A stretch of 64,000 bases of DNA from an uncultured Desulfobulbia bacterium (GTDB lineage Bacteria > Desulfobacterota > Desulfobulbia > Desulfobulbales > CG2-30-60-27): assembly GCA_964443295.1 (NCBI GenBank), contig CAYUCH010000002.1:13374-77373 (forward strand), given 5' to 3'. Below, piece after piece: positions 35,524 to 43,795 of this stretch. The notes beneath the pieces were generated by a model. That model was not told the origin of the DNA. It saw only the letters and a program-made list of their open reading frames with translations, and ran no database searches. The translations under genes were made by a program, and so were the position numbers. The stretch's first letter is position 1; each line of letters starts with the position of its first letter.

Positions 35524-37221
35524 GTGCGCAAAATAAGAAAACGACTTGGTGAGATGCTTGTCGAGGCTGAGCTCCTGACAGAGGAGCAGTTGGCCAGCTG
35601 TCTTACTGAACAGAAAAACTCTGGAATGTTTCTGGGTGATTTTCTTATCACCAATGGCATTGTCTCTGAAGATCAGATCATGACGATGCTCAGTGATCAA
35701 CTTCAGATTGAAAAATATAATCCTGAAAAGCACGAGATCGGTCCGGAACTCGCCCCTATTCTCCCCCACGGCATAGCGACAAAAAACCAGGTTGTACCGA
35801 TATCAAAAGAGGCTTTTGTTCTCAAGGTCGCCATGGCAGACCCCATGAACATTAATGCCCTGGACTTAATTGAAAGCCACACCAACATGGAAGTGGAACC
35901 GCTGATCTGTTCTAAAAACGAATTCAACCTCCTGTTAAATGGCATCTACGGCATACGATCCGAACTGAGCGAAATGCTCGGTGGTCTCGATTCAACAGAC
36001 ATTGATGCTGAAGAGGAAGACAGGGATACCATCGGTATTGTTTCAGACTCGGTTGATGCGGCGCCGGTAATCCGGATGACCAATTCCATTCTACGCCAGG
36101 CAGTGCAGGAACGTGCCAGTGACATCCACATCAGCCCGGATCAAAAAAAAGCTCAAGTCCGTCTCAGAATCGATGGCATGTTACACGAAATTCCTCCGCC
36201 TCCCAGGGCCATGCTGGCCGGCATTATCAGTCGCATCAAAATTCTGGCCAATATGGATATCGCCAATACCCTTATTCCCCAGGACGGCCGTTTCAATATC
36301 AGGGTCGACAACCAGGAAATCAATATCCGCGCCTCGACTCTGCCAACCCTATACGGAGAGAACCTTGTTCTTCGATTGCTGTATGTCTCGGCAGGGGCGC
36401 TCCCTCTGGACAAATTAGGCCTTGAACCGGTTGATCACCAGAGAGTCATGCATATGGTAAAACAACCATACGGTATGTACTTATCTGTAGGCCCCACCGG
36501 CAGTGGAAAATCAAGTAGCCTTTATGCCATTCTGAATGAAATTACTTCTACGAAAATCAATGTTATCACGCTGGAAGACCCGGTGGAATTCCGAATGGAA
36601 AACGTCCGGCAGGTCCAGCTGAACCGCAAAGCAGGGATGACCTTTTCATCAGGCCTGCGATCCATTCTGCGCCAGGATCCGAACATTATCATGGTCGGCG
36701 AAATCCGAGATGCCGAAACGGCAGAAATTGCGACCCAGGCAGCCCTTACCGGCCATCTCGTTCTTTCCACTTTACACACCAACGACTCAACCAGTGCCAT
36801 CGGTCGTCTCCAGAATATGGGCATTAAGCCTTTTCTCATTTCCGCTTCATTGCTTGGTGTCGGAGCCCAGCGCCTCATGCGCCGTATCTGTCCCCATTGC
36901 AAAGAATCCTTTGAGCCCGAAAAAGGGCTTCTCGAATTCTGGGGACTTGAGAATTATCCCGCCCCGGATTTCAGTATCGGCAAGGGGTGTTCCCTCTGTA
37001 TGAATTCAGGATATAAAGGGAGAGTCGGTATTTTTGAAATTCTTGTGGTTGACGATCAGGTTCGTGAAATGGTTGTGGCCAGGAAAACCTCCACCGAAAT
37101 TACCAAAGCCATGAAGGAGGAAGGCAAGCTGAAGTTATTGCAGGAGAGTGCGGCTGAAAAAATCGCCCAGGGGATTACGACTTTTCAGGAGGCAACAGAC
37201 ACGGTTCTGTTGAGCCAATAG
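35524..37221 (+). CDS. Type IV pilus assembly ATPase (GspE/PilB/MshE family) with a tandem MshEN-type motif, cluster 2 (GTG start)
   Basis: Has Walker A (GPTGSGKSSSLY) and a tetracysteine motif (CPHCKES...CSLCMNSGYKGR). The N-terminus reads RLGEMLVEAELLTEEQLASCLTEQ-KNSGM-FLGDFLITNGIVSEDQIMTMLSDQ. Confidence 0.92.
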   Translation: MRKIRKRLGEMLVEAELLTEEQLASCLTEQKNSGMFLGDFLITNGIVSEDQIMTMLSDQLQIEKYNPEKHEIGPELAPILPHGIATKNQVVPISKEAFVLKVAMADPMNINALDLIESHTNMEVEPLICSKNEFNLLLNGIYGIRSELSEMLGGLDSTDIDAEEEDRDTIGIVSDSVDAAPVIRMTNSILRQAVQERASDIHISPDQKKAQVRLRIDGMLHEIPPPPRAMLAGIISRIKILANMDIANTLIPQDGRFNIRVDNQEINIRASTLPTLYGENLVLRLLYVSAGALPLDKLGLEPVDHQRVMHMVKQPYGMYLSVGPTGSGKSSSLYAILNEITSTKINVITLEDPVEFRMENVRQVQLNRKAGMTFSSGLRSILRQDPNIIMVGEIRDAETAEIATQAALTGHLVLSTLHTNDSTSAIGRLQNMGIKPFLISASLLGVGAQRLMRRICPHCKESFEPEKGLLEFWGLENYPAPDFSIGKGCSLCMNSGYKGRVGIFEILVVDDQVREMVVARKTSTEITKAMKEEGKLKLLQESAAEKIAQGITTFQEATDTVLLSQ

Positions 37222-37257
37222 ACTCGTTCCATTCCTTCAGGACTATTGATACTGATC

Positions 37258-38469
37258 ATGCCAAAATTTTCATACAGCGGTCGCGATGAACATGGAGTCA
37301 GTGTTGAAGGTGAGCTTGAAGCCCCTTCACTTGAGATGGCCCAGAACCAACTCCTCGCCCAAGACGTCATTCCACTTTCTGTAGATGAAACTTCAGAGTA
37401 CAAGGGGTCTGGTTCATTTTTTTTCTTGGGGCCCAAAATAAAAATTCCTGAACTGCTCCTCTTCACCAAACAGATGCGGACCATGATTAATGCCGGCATC
37501 TCAATCACCCAGGTTTTTGGAATTTTACATGAGCAGTCAACAAATCCAGTAATGGTGAAAACCTTAGACGCCATGGGTGTTGATATCCGTGAAGGCTCTA
37601 CTCTTTCAGATGCATTTGAAAAGCATACTGATGTTTTTCCCGATCTGTATTGCGCCCTTATCAGAGCAGGTGAAGTGAGCGGTGCGCTTCCCACTATTCT
37701 AGAGCGGGTCATTTATATTACCGAGCATGAATACCGGCTTCGAGAAGACATTAAAGCCGCCATGCGCTATCCCAAAATTGTGGTGTTCGTACTGGCAATT
37801 GCTTTTTTCGTTCTGCTTACCTTTGTCATCCCAAAATTTGTAGGCGTTTTTAATAATGTTGGACTTGAATTGCCCTTGCCCACCAGAATCTGTATCTGGA
37901 TGCACGAGGCATTAACAAGTTACTGGCATTATATGATTGTCTCAGCCTTAACACTCTTCATCAGCATCAAACTCTATGTTAAGACTGAGACAGGCGCCTA
38001 TTACCGGGACCTCATGCTTCTCAACCTGCCCATTCTCGGTCCTCTGTTCACCAAATCCGCCATGGCCCGGTTTGCCAGTATACTCTCCACCTTGACGGCC
38101 AGTGGGATCACCATCTTAGCCGCCATTAAAATAATTTCAGACACTCTCGGCAATGCGGCCATCGGACGGGAATTTGATCGTTTATCAGAGCAGATGGAAG
38201 AAGGGCACGGCATTGCAAAACCATTGCAGGAAGCCAAATTTTTTCCACCCATGGTAGTCAACATGGTTGCCATAGGCGAAGAATCCGGTTCTCTCGAAGA
38301 AATGCTCCGGCAAATATCAATTCATTATGACTATGAAGTTGAGTATGCTACCAAGGGATTAGCAGAGGCCATCGGGCCGATTCTGATTATAATGCTTACC
38401 GCAGTTGTTGGTTTTTTTGCTCTGGCAGTTGTGCTACCCATGTGGGATCTCTTTAACATTGTAAAATGA
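37258..38469 (+). CDS. Type IV filament platform protein (GspF/PilC/MshG family), cluster 2
   Basis: Reads MPKFSYSGRDEHGVSVEGELEAPS..., with two T2SSF repeats. The track lists a TTG start at 37246, but I prefer the ATG at 37258. Confidence 0.9.
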   Translation: MPKFSYSGRDEHGVSVEGELEAPSLEMAQNQLLAQDVIPLSVDETSEYKGSGSFFFLGPKIKIPELLLFTKQMRTMINAGISITQVFGILHEQSTNPVMVKTLDAMGVDIREGSTLSDAFEKHTDVFPDLYCALIRAGEVSGALPTILERVIYITEHEYRLREDIKAAMRYPKIVVFVLAIAFFVLLTFVIPKFVGVFNNVGLELPLPTRICIWMHEALTSYWHYMIVSALTLFISIKLYVKTETGAYYRDLMLLNLPILGPLFTKSAMARFASILSTLTASGITILAAIKIISDTLGNAAIGREFDRLSEQMEEGHGIAKPLQEAKFFPPMVVNMVAIGEESGSLEEMLRQISIHYDYEVEYATKGLAEAIGPILIIMLTAVVGFFALAVVLPMWDLFNIVK

Positions 38470-38647
38470 TCTGACTTGTTGAGGTAAAAATGAATATTAG
38501 ATTAGTAACAATTCTGTAAAGTTATGGCATTCGTTACTCTATTTTGATAATGTAAATATTACTCATTTATTAATGTGTAACAAAGGTGTCCAACCGTACC
38601 TATTAAAGAGTCCAGGCAAATCGTGCTTCAACAACAGGAGGGTTTCC

Positions 38648-39052
38648 ATGGAGAGTAAGAGAATTTTACGTTCGCAACAAGGTTTCACATTAATTGAAAT
38701 TATTTCTGTCCTTGTACTGCTGGCTATATTGGCTGCAGTTGCTGTGCCACGTTTTATTGACTTACAGGCCGATGCCAGAAACAGTGCTGCTCAGGCAGCG
38801 GTTGCAGAAGGTATTGCCCAGGTCAATATGTTTTCCGCTCAATTCATTCTTCAAAACGGAACCGCACCTGTAAACCTGGCAAGTCTCACCGGAATTGGCC
38901 TGACGACACCATACGCCGCAGGTGATTTCACCATTACATTTACTGCCGGGGCTGCTGGTCCGCCTGTTGAAGTCGACATAGCTGCTGCCGGTAATGCCGG
39001 CACATCTGTTGCCGGAGGGACAGCGACAGGCACAGCCTTTCTACCTCAATAA
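38648..39052 (+). CDS. MshA-type major pilin (134 aa), cluster 2
   Basis: AGGAGG lies 7 nt before the ATG at 38648. The protein reads MESKRILRSQQG|FTLIEIISVLVLLAILAAVAVPRFIDLQADARNSA, resembling the MSHA pilin N-terminus as I recall it. A strong terminator follows. Confidence 0.85.
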   Translation: MESKRILRSQQGFTLIEIISVLVLLAILAAVAVPRFIDLQADARNSAAQAAVAEGIAQVNMFSAQFILQNGTAPVNLASLTGIGLTTPYAAGDFTITFTAGAAGPPVEVDIAAAGNAGTSVAGGTATGTAFLPQ

Positions 39053-39084
39053 GACTCTTTTTTCATATCTCTGTATTTCAAAAA

Positions 39085-39112
39085 GGCCTCTGTTTTCAGA
39101 GGCCTTTTTTTT
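39085..39112 (+). terminator. Rho-independent terminator/attenuator after the MshA-type pilin
   Basis: The stem is GGCCTCTG / CAGAGGCC (8 bp, perfect) with a TTTT loop, followed by TTTTTTTT. Confidence 0.85.
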
Positions 39113-39364
39113 GGGCTTTCTCACTGATGTTTGGTCCTTTTTAAGAAAATGGTGTATTTATTCACCACAGGTAGAGGATTACCCGAATATACAGGCCGTA
39201 TGACACCGCTTCGCTGTTATTCAGATGTGCTTCATATCGGAGTCTCACAGGTTCGCTTACCTCGTTCTTTTAAGTCTTCGATGCATACTGGTTTTATTCG
39301 AGAAGACCGAAAAGGGCGAAGTTGGAGTGCAGCTGAACAGTTAAAAAAATGGTATACTTTTGCC

Positions 39365-39826
39365 ATGCAACAACATCGTGACCAGGCACCTTTTTTCCTC
39401 TTCTCTTCAAACAATAAGGGAGTCACCCTTATTGAGATTATTACTGTGCTCATCATATTGGCAGTTATGGGTGCGGCCATCACCAGCCGAATACTTGACA
39501 GCAGTGCCAATCTCATGGGTGAAACAGAGGTTGTAAAAAGCCATTTGCGTTATGCCCAAATGAAAGCCATGAACGACAATGTCACCTGGGGCATTGATTT
39601 CAATGGTAGTTCCTATACCCTGCAACAAGACGGAGCAGACAGCGGTATTCTTCCGGGCCAGAACTCATTCACCTATACCCTTTCCACCGGTACGGCTTCT
39701 GCTACCACCGACCCAATTGTCTTTGATACGTGGGGCGATCCTGGAGCTGCCATTACTGTGACGGTAACCGATGCCAGTGGAAACCAGACCTTTACTGTGG
39801 CAAATATCACAGGATTCATACCATGA
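39365..39826 (+). CDS. Minor pilin (prepilin-type N-terminus)
   Basis: The internal ATG at 39365 gives MQQHRDQAPFFLFSSNNKG|VTLIEIITVLIILAVMGAAI. The 5' extension in the track ORF (39131) crosses the terminator region and is unlikely to be real. Confidence 0.7.
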   Translation: MQQHRDQAPFFLFSSNNKGVTLIEIITVLIILAVMGAAITSRILDSSANLMGETEVVKSHLRYAQMKAMNDNVTWGIDFNGSSYTLQQDGADSGILPGQNSFTYTLSTGTASATTDPIVFDTWGDPGAAITVTVTDASGNQTFTVANITGFIP

Positions 39827-40251
39827 CGGTAAGAAAGGATGTAATCCAAAATACCGGCTTTACCCTGTTGGAGGTAATTGTCACGCTGGTTGTGGGAGCA
39901 ATTCTCGCGGCCCTTATCGTTCCGTATATGAGTACCTTGCTCACTCAAAGCAGTGAATCGACACAAAACATGCAGACCACCATGTCGGTGAACCAGGTCA
40001 TTGAAAACATGACTGCCTATTACCTTGCCCAGCAGGCCGCCGGAACCCTTAACCTCAACACCCTGCAAACCTCCATAGGCCCGGTGGGTAACCAGAATAA
40101 TAATTACGGTGAGTATAATGTGGTGACAAATTCCTTTGTCACCTTTCCCGCAGGTGGCGGCGCCGAAACACTTGGCGGAACGTCAACCCTGAAAGTTACC
40201 ATTACCGGGATCAATGGCGGTCCATTTTTCACCACTCTTTTCACTCAATAA
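39823..40251 (+). CDS. Minor pilin (prepilin-type N-terminus)
   Basis: The ATG at 39823 overlaps the upstream TGA (ATGA). The protein reads MTVRKDVIQNTG|FTLLEVIVTLVVGAILAALIV. Confidence 0.75.
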   Translation: MTVRKDVIQNTGFTLLEVIVTLVVGAILAALIVPYMSTLLTQSSESTQNMQTTMSVNQVIENMTAYYLAQQAAGTLNLNTLQTSIGPVGNQNNNYGEYNVVTNSFVTFPAGGGAETLGGTSTLKVTITGINGGPFFTTLFTQ

Positions 40252-40766
40252 TGAGAGAAAATATGATATTGAGACCAATAAAGCATAACGATTTCCAGAA
40301 AGGATTTTCACTGCTGGAGATTATTCTGGTTCTCAGTTTGCTCGGTATTATGGGAGTTGTAGGAACCATGGGGTTTATCCAATTTTCCCAAGGAGTTGTG
40401 TTTTCTAGAGAAGCCCTTGCCACAACTGGAAAAGGCCAGCTTGCCATGGTTCGGATGATTAAAGAATTCCAGACCATTACCAGTACCACAACGGCAACGG
40501 CAACAAACCTTGCATACACGGCCAGCAGGCCCGGAGGACCTCAAAACCATCAGGTACAACTGGTTGGTACGGAACTCCAGCTCGACGGGGAAGTGCTGGT
40601 TGATCAAGTAGCAGCCTTTTCACTCACCTATTTCGACACATATATCGGAGCTGCTTCAGGCTGGTCTGCATCCACCAGAATTATTGATATCAGTCTCATT
40701 TTAACAAGCGCCGAAAGTATTGCTGTTCCCATTCAAACCAGGGTTACCCTCAGGAACATGTTTTGA
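40251..40766 (+). CDS. Minor pilin (prepilin-type N-terminus)
   Basis: There is a TAATG overlap with the upstream gene. The protein reads MRENMILRPIKHNDFQKG|FSLLEIILVLSLLGIMGVVG. Confidence 0.75.
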   Translation: MRENMILRPIKHNDFQKGFSLLEIILVLSLLGIMGVVGTMGFIQFSQGVVFSREALATTGKGQLAMVRMIKEFQTITSTTTATATNLAYTASRPGGPQNHQVQLVGTELQLDGEVLVDQVAAFSLTYFDTYIGAASGWSASTRIIDISLILTSAESIAVPIQTRVTLRNMF

Positions 40767-40774
40767 GACAAGAG

Positions 40775-42058
40775 ATGACCTGCCTAAGAAAAAAATTTAC
40801 AGGCTCGTTTGTAAATCAAAATGGCTCCGTACTGATCGCCATTATTAGTACCATGGTTATCATTGCCGGACTTGGCGTCTCACTTCTCAATATGACCACC
40901 TCAACAACCACAGGCCAGCTGGGGGCCATGGATACATTCCGCGCCTATTACCTGGCCGAATCCGGAGGCCGTTACGCCCTACCAATCATCCAGGCAGACC
41001 TCAACAGCCCAGCGACCCTCATAGCACAGCTTGACGGCACGACATATACCTTTGCTAATGGTGATTCCTTTCAATTGTCTCTCTCCTACACAGCACCGGA
41101 TTATACCTTGGTATCGATCGGCACCCTTGCCCAAGGCACTCAAGTGCTCTCCGCAATCCGCACCGTCAATTACACTATCACAAACCCCGGACCGGGAGGC
41201 GGTGGACAAACCGATATTCCTTTTGATACACCAGCCGATTTAACTGACAATTTCACCTGGCAGGGCCCTGCTCCTGCCTATATGGTTGACGATCCGTTCT
41301 ATACCGATGGCAGCCCGGCACTCTACCTTCAGGACGAAAGAACCTACCTGAAACTTGATTGGGACGGAAATCCAGGTCTTCCAAACCTGCTTAATATCTG
41401 GGCCACCAATGGCAACCTGTTAAGCTATGACCTGCAAGTGAAAATCAAAGTAATTAACCCATGGCTCTTTAATCCCGAATTTCTTGTGGGGCTCAGTTTC
41501 CGTGAAGATGGGAACCGTACTTATGGTATCTCTTTTTTAAAAAGGGATACCTGCTGGACCACTTTTCCCAACGCCTTCTGTAATGATATTCCAGGAGCCT
41601 CAACCAATCTTTATGTTGTATTGTGGCTAAGAAACGGAAATAATTATTCTGTAATCGATTATCATCTGGTTGATGCAGCAGACAATATCCTCACCGGTAA
41701 TGACCTGACGGATTGGTCAACCCTGGTGGTACGAGTTGAAGAAACTGATGTTGGAGTTCGCCGTAACCTCATCACTGCCTATGTTCAAGGTCCGGGAAGC
41801 TACCCCCGTCATACCATTTCCTGGGATTTCGGCCTTTTTAATGAACTGGATTGGGCTTCAGGAGATAATCCTGTTGAAGATGCAACCCGCACGACGGTAA
41901 ACTTTGACTCTCTCAGGCCCACCGAAATAGGCCTGCATTCATTAAGTACCACGAGACGATGGTGGTTTTGGTGGATTCCCCACTATATATTTATGGACGA
42001 CTTTTCTATTAATATCGGTGGCGGCGCAGGCGGTCCCGGAGATGTGGAGCAGTTTTAG
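40775..42058 (+). CDS. PilX/MshP-like minor pilus protein with a large lectin-like (LamG/jelly-roll-like) C-terminal domain
   Basis: Reads NQNGSVLIAIISTMVIIAGLGVSLL...FRAYYLAESGGRYA, a PilX_N-like pattern. The C-terminal ~280 aa are beta-rich (WSTLVVRVEE...ITAYVQG...IFMDDFSI). The start is either TTG at 40763 or ATG at 40775. Confidence 0.65.
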   Translation: MTCLRKKFTGSFVNQNGSVLIAIISTMVIIAGLGVSLLNMTTSTTTGQLGAMDTFRAYYLAESGGRYALPIIQADLNSPATLIAQLDGTTYTFANGDSFQLSLSYTAPDYTLVSIGTLAQGTQVLSAIRTVNYTITNPGPGGGGQTDIPFDTPADLTDNFTWQGPAPAYMVDDPFYTDGSPALYLQDERTYLKLDWDGNPGLPNLLNIWATNGNLLSYDLQVKIKVINPWLFNPEFLVGLSFREDGNRTYGISFLKRDTCWTTFPNAFCNDIPGASTNLYVVLWLRNGNNYSVIDYHLVDAADNILTGNDLTDWSTLVVRVEETDVGVRRNLITAYVQGPGSYPRHTISWDFGLFNELDWASGDNPVEDATRTTVNFDSLRPTEIGLHSLSTTRRWWFWWIPHYIFMDDFSINIGGGAGGPGDVEQF

Positions 42059-42065
42059 CAGGCAT

Positions 42066-43622
42066 ATGGAATATCTATCGCTTTTACATTTAGACAAAGA
42101 ACCTTTTTCCAACTCTCCGGATCCTGATTTTTTCTTTGATTCCCATCAGCATCTTGAGTGCCTCCAAAAACTGGAACTTACCATCCGTCTGCGCCAAGGT
42201 CTCTCGGTTGTTCTTGGTGATGTCGGCACCGGTAAAACCACCCTCTGCCGACAGCTCATACGGAGATTACACCAAGGGACTGATCTTTCTCTGGTTCGCC
42301 TTTTACTTGACCCTGAATTTGGTTCACCCAAAGAATTTCTTCTTGCCCTTATAAATGAATTTGGACTGAACTCCCCACCTGCTGATGCTCCAGACCGAGT
42401 TCTGAAGGAAACAATCAAGAATTTTCTTATTGAAGAAGGGGCCGAAAATAAAAAGATAATAGTCCTTCTCATTGATGAAGGGCAGAAACTGCCAGGATTC
42501 TGTCTTGAAATTATCCGGGAGCTTCTTAACTTTGAAACCAACAATCACAAACTTCTCCAGACTGTCATATTTGCCCAGAAAGAGCTGGAGGAGGAGCTGA
42601 AAACCAGATCCAACTTCACGGACCGTATTGCCACATTTTTCTCACTCACCCCATTCAATTACCGTGATACTAGAAAAATGATCCAGCACAGGCTCAGCCT
42701 GGCTGGTAGAGACGGAAAAGTTGCTTCTACTCTTTTCACCGGTCCGGCTTTCTGGGTAATTTATCGTGTGAGTAAAGGGTACCCTCGTAAAATTGTTCAA
42801 CTCTGCGCCAAGTCTCTTCTCTCACTTATCATTCAAAACAAGAGTCGAGTCAGCGCTTCTCTTGCAAGGGCTTGTGCCCAGAGAATGGCCTTCAACCAAT
42901 ACGGCCATGGCCGCATGAAATATGTTGTCTGGGGGACTGTGGCAATCTCATGTGTATGTGGATTCCTCTGGTTCTTATCCAATGACATCATGCCCTTTCA
43001 GAAACTTGATGTAATCCATTCGGCTCAGCCAGAACAAAGTCGATTTGAACAACCTTCCATTATATCAACGGAGATACCTACTGAGGTCAAACAGGAGATT
43101 GTTGACATATCTTCCATCGCCCCCGCCGCGGGTTTACCAGCTAAAAACAATAATTGGGGCACGCTCCTCATCCATGAAGGTGAGACCCTCAATATTCTTT
43201 TGCAGAGAATTTATGGAAGATATTCTCCTGCCCTCCTTGAACATGTTCTAAAAGAAAATCCACACATTAAGAACCCAAATATTGTGCAGGCGGGAACATC
43301 TATTCATTTCCCGGCCATGAATTTCAGTTCTCATTTTTCTAAATCTGAATATTTTTCCGTACAGGTTGGGGAATTCTCTTCTCTCAAGGAAATGAACAGC
43401 TTTCTTTCAGCTCTACCATCCGGCGGCCCCAATCTATTTCCCGTTGCTATAGAGGATTCCGACACAAACTGGTCTTTCCTGGTTTGCCTCAATGAACAGT
43501 TCACATCCCAAACTGACGCAGGTGAAAGGATTGCAAGCCTTTCACCACTATTACAGACCCGGTCCCAAATAACCCATAACCTGGATATAATGACAAAGAT
43601 TGAAAAAGGCCATGATAGTTAA
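42066..43622 (+). CDS. ExeA/GspA/MshM-like AAA+ ATPase fused to a TM segment, a LysM-like domain and a SPOR-like domain (cluster 2)
   Basis: Reads MEYLSLLHLDKEPFSNSPDPDFFFDSHQH...VLGDVGTGKTTLCRQLI...LLIDEGQKL. A TM helix (VVWGTVAISCVCGFLWFL) follows. The LysM-like block is GETLNILLQRIYGRYSPALLEHVLKENPHIKNPNIVQAGTSIHFP. The SPOR-like block is YFSVQVGEFSSLKEMNSFL...WSFLVCLNEQFTSQTDAGERIASL. Confidence 0.8.
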   Translation: MEYLSLLHLDKEPFSNSPDPDFFFDSHQHLECLQKLELTIRLRQGLSVVLGDVGTGKTTLCRQLIRRLHQGTDLSLVRLLLDPEFGSPKEFLLALINEFGLNSPPADAPDRVLKETIKNFLIEEGAENKKIIVLLIDEGQKLPGFCLEIIRELLNFETNNHKLLQTVIFAQKELEEELKTRSNFTDRIATFFSLTPFNYRDTRKMIQHRLSLAGRDGKVASTLFTGPAFWVIYRVSKGYPRKIVQLCAKSLLSLIIQNKSRVSASLARACAQRMAFNQYGHGRMKYVVWGTVAISCVCGFLWFLSNDIMPFQKLDVIHSAQPEQSRFEQPSIISTEIPTEVKQEIVDISSIAPAAGLPAKNNNWGTLLIHEGETLNILLQRIYGRYSPALLEHVLKENPHIKNPNIVQAGTSIHFPAMNFSSHFSKSEYFSVQVGEFSSLKEMNSFLSALPSGGPNLFPVAIEDSDTNWSFLVCLNEQFTSQTDAGERIASLSPLLQTRSQITHNLDIMTKIEKGHDS

Positions 43623-43635
43623 CAGTCCGTATATG

Positions 43636-43686
43636 GTGTCGGTCTCGCGGATAAAAGGAAATAGTCGTAAGCCGCGAGACGGACGT
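43636..43686 (+). other. Long hairpin immediately after the ExeA-fusion gene; possible terminator or RNA-stabilising stem, with no U-tract
   Basis: The core is GTCTCGCGG (43642-43650) / CCGCGAGAC (43672-43680). It is extendable with one mismatch and G-U pairs, and has a 21-nt loop. Confidence 0.3.
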
Positions 43687-43795
43687 GTGCCATGCTGTGA
43701 AAATTTAAATTGCTAGGTGGCATTTGAAACCTTTTAGATTTTAACGATGCCATCTCTATTGACAAGCACATAAACCCGATGATAATTTAGCCAAC

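Noticed and set aside
34826-37712. Long antisense ORFs of 220 aa (34826..35488 -), 175 aa (37185..37712 -) and 126 aa (36522..36902 -).
   Set aside because: They lie opposite the secretin, ATPase and platform genes, whose identities are unambiguous. These are typical shadow frames.
38994-39364. ORF 38994..39203 and the long N-terminal extension of ORF 39131..39826.
   Set aside because: They run through the pilin terminator hairpin, and the pilin-like signal only begins after the internal Met at 39365.
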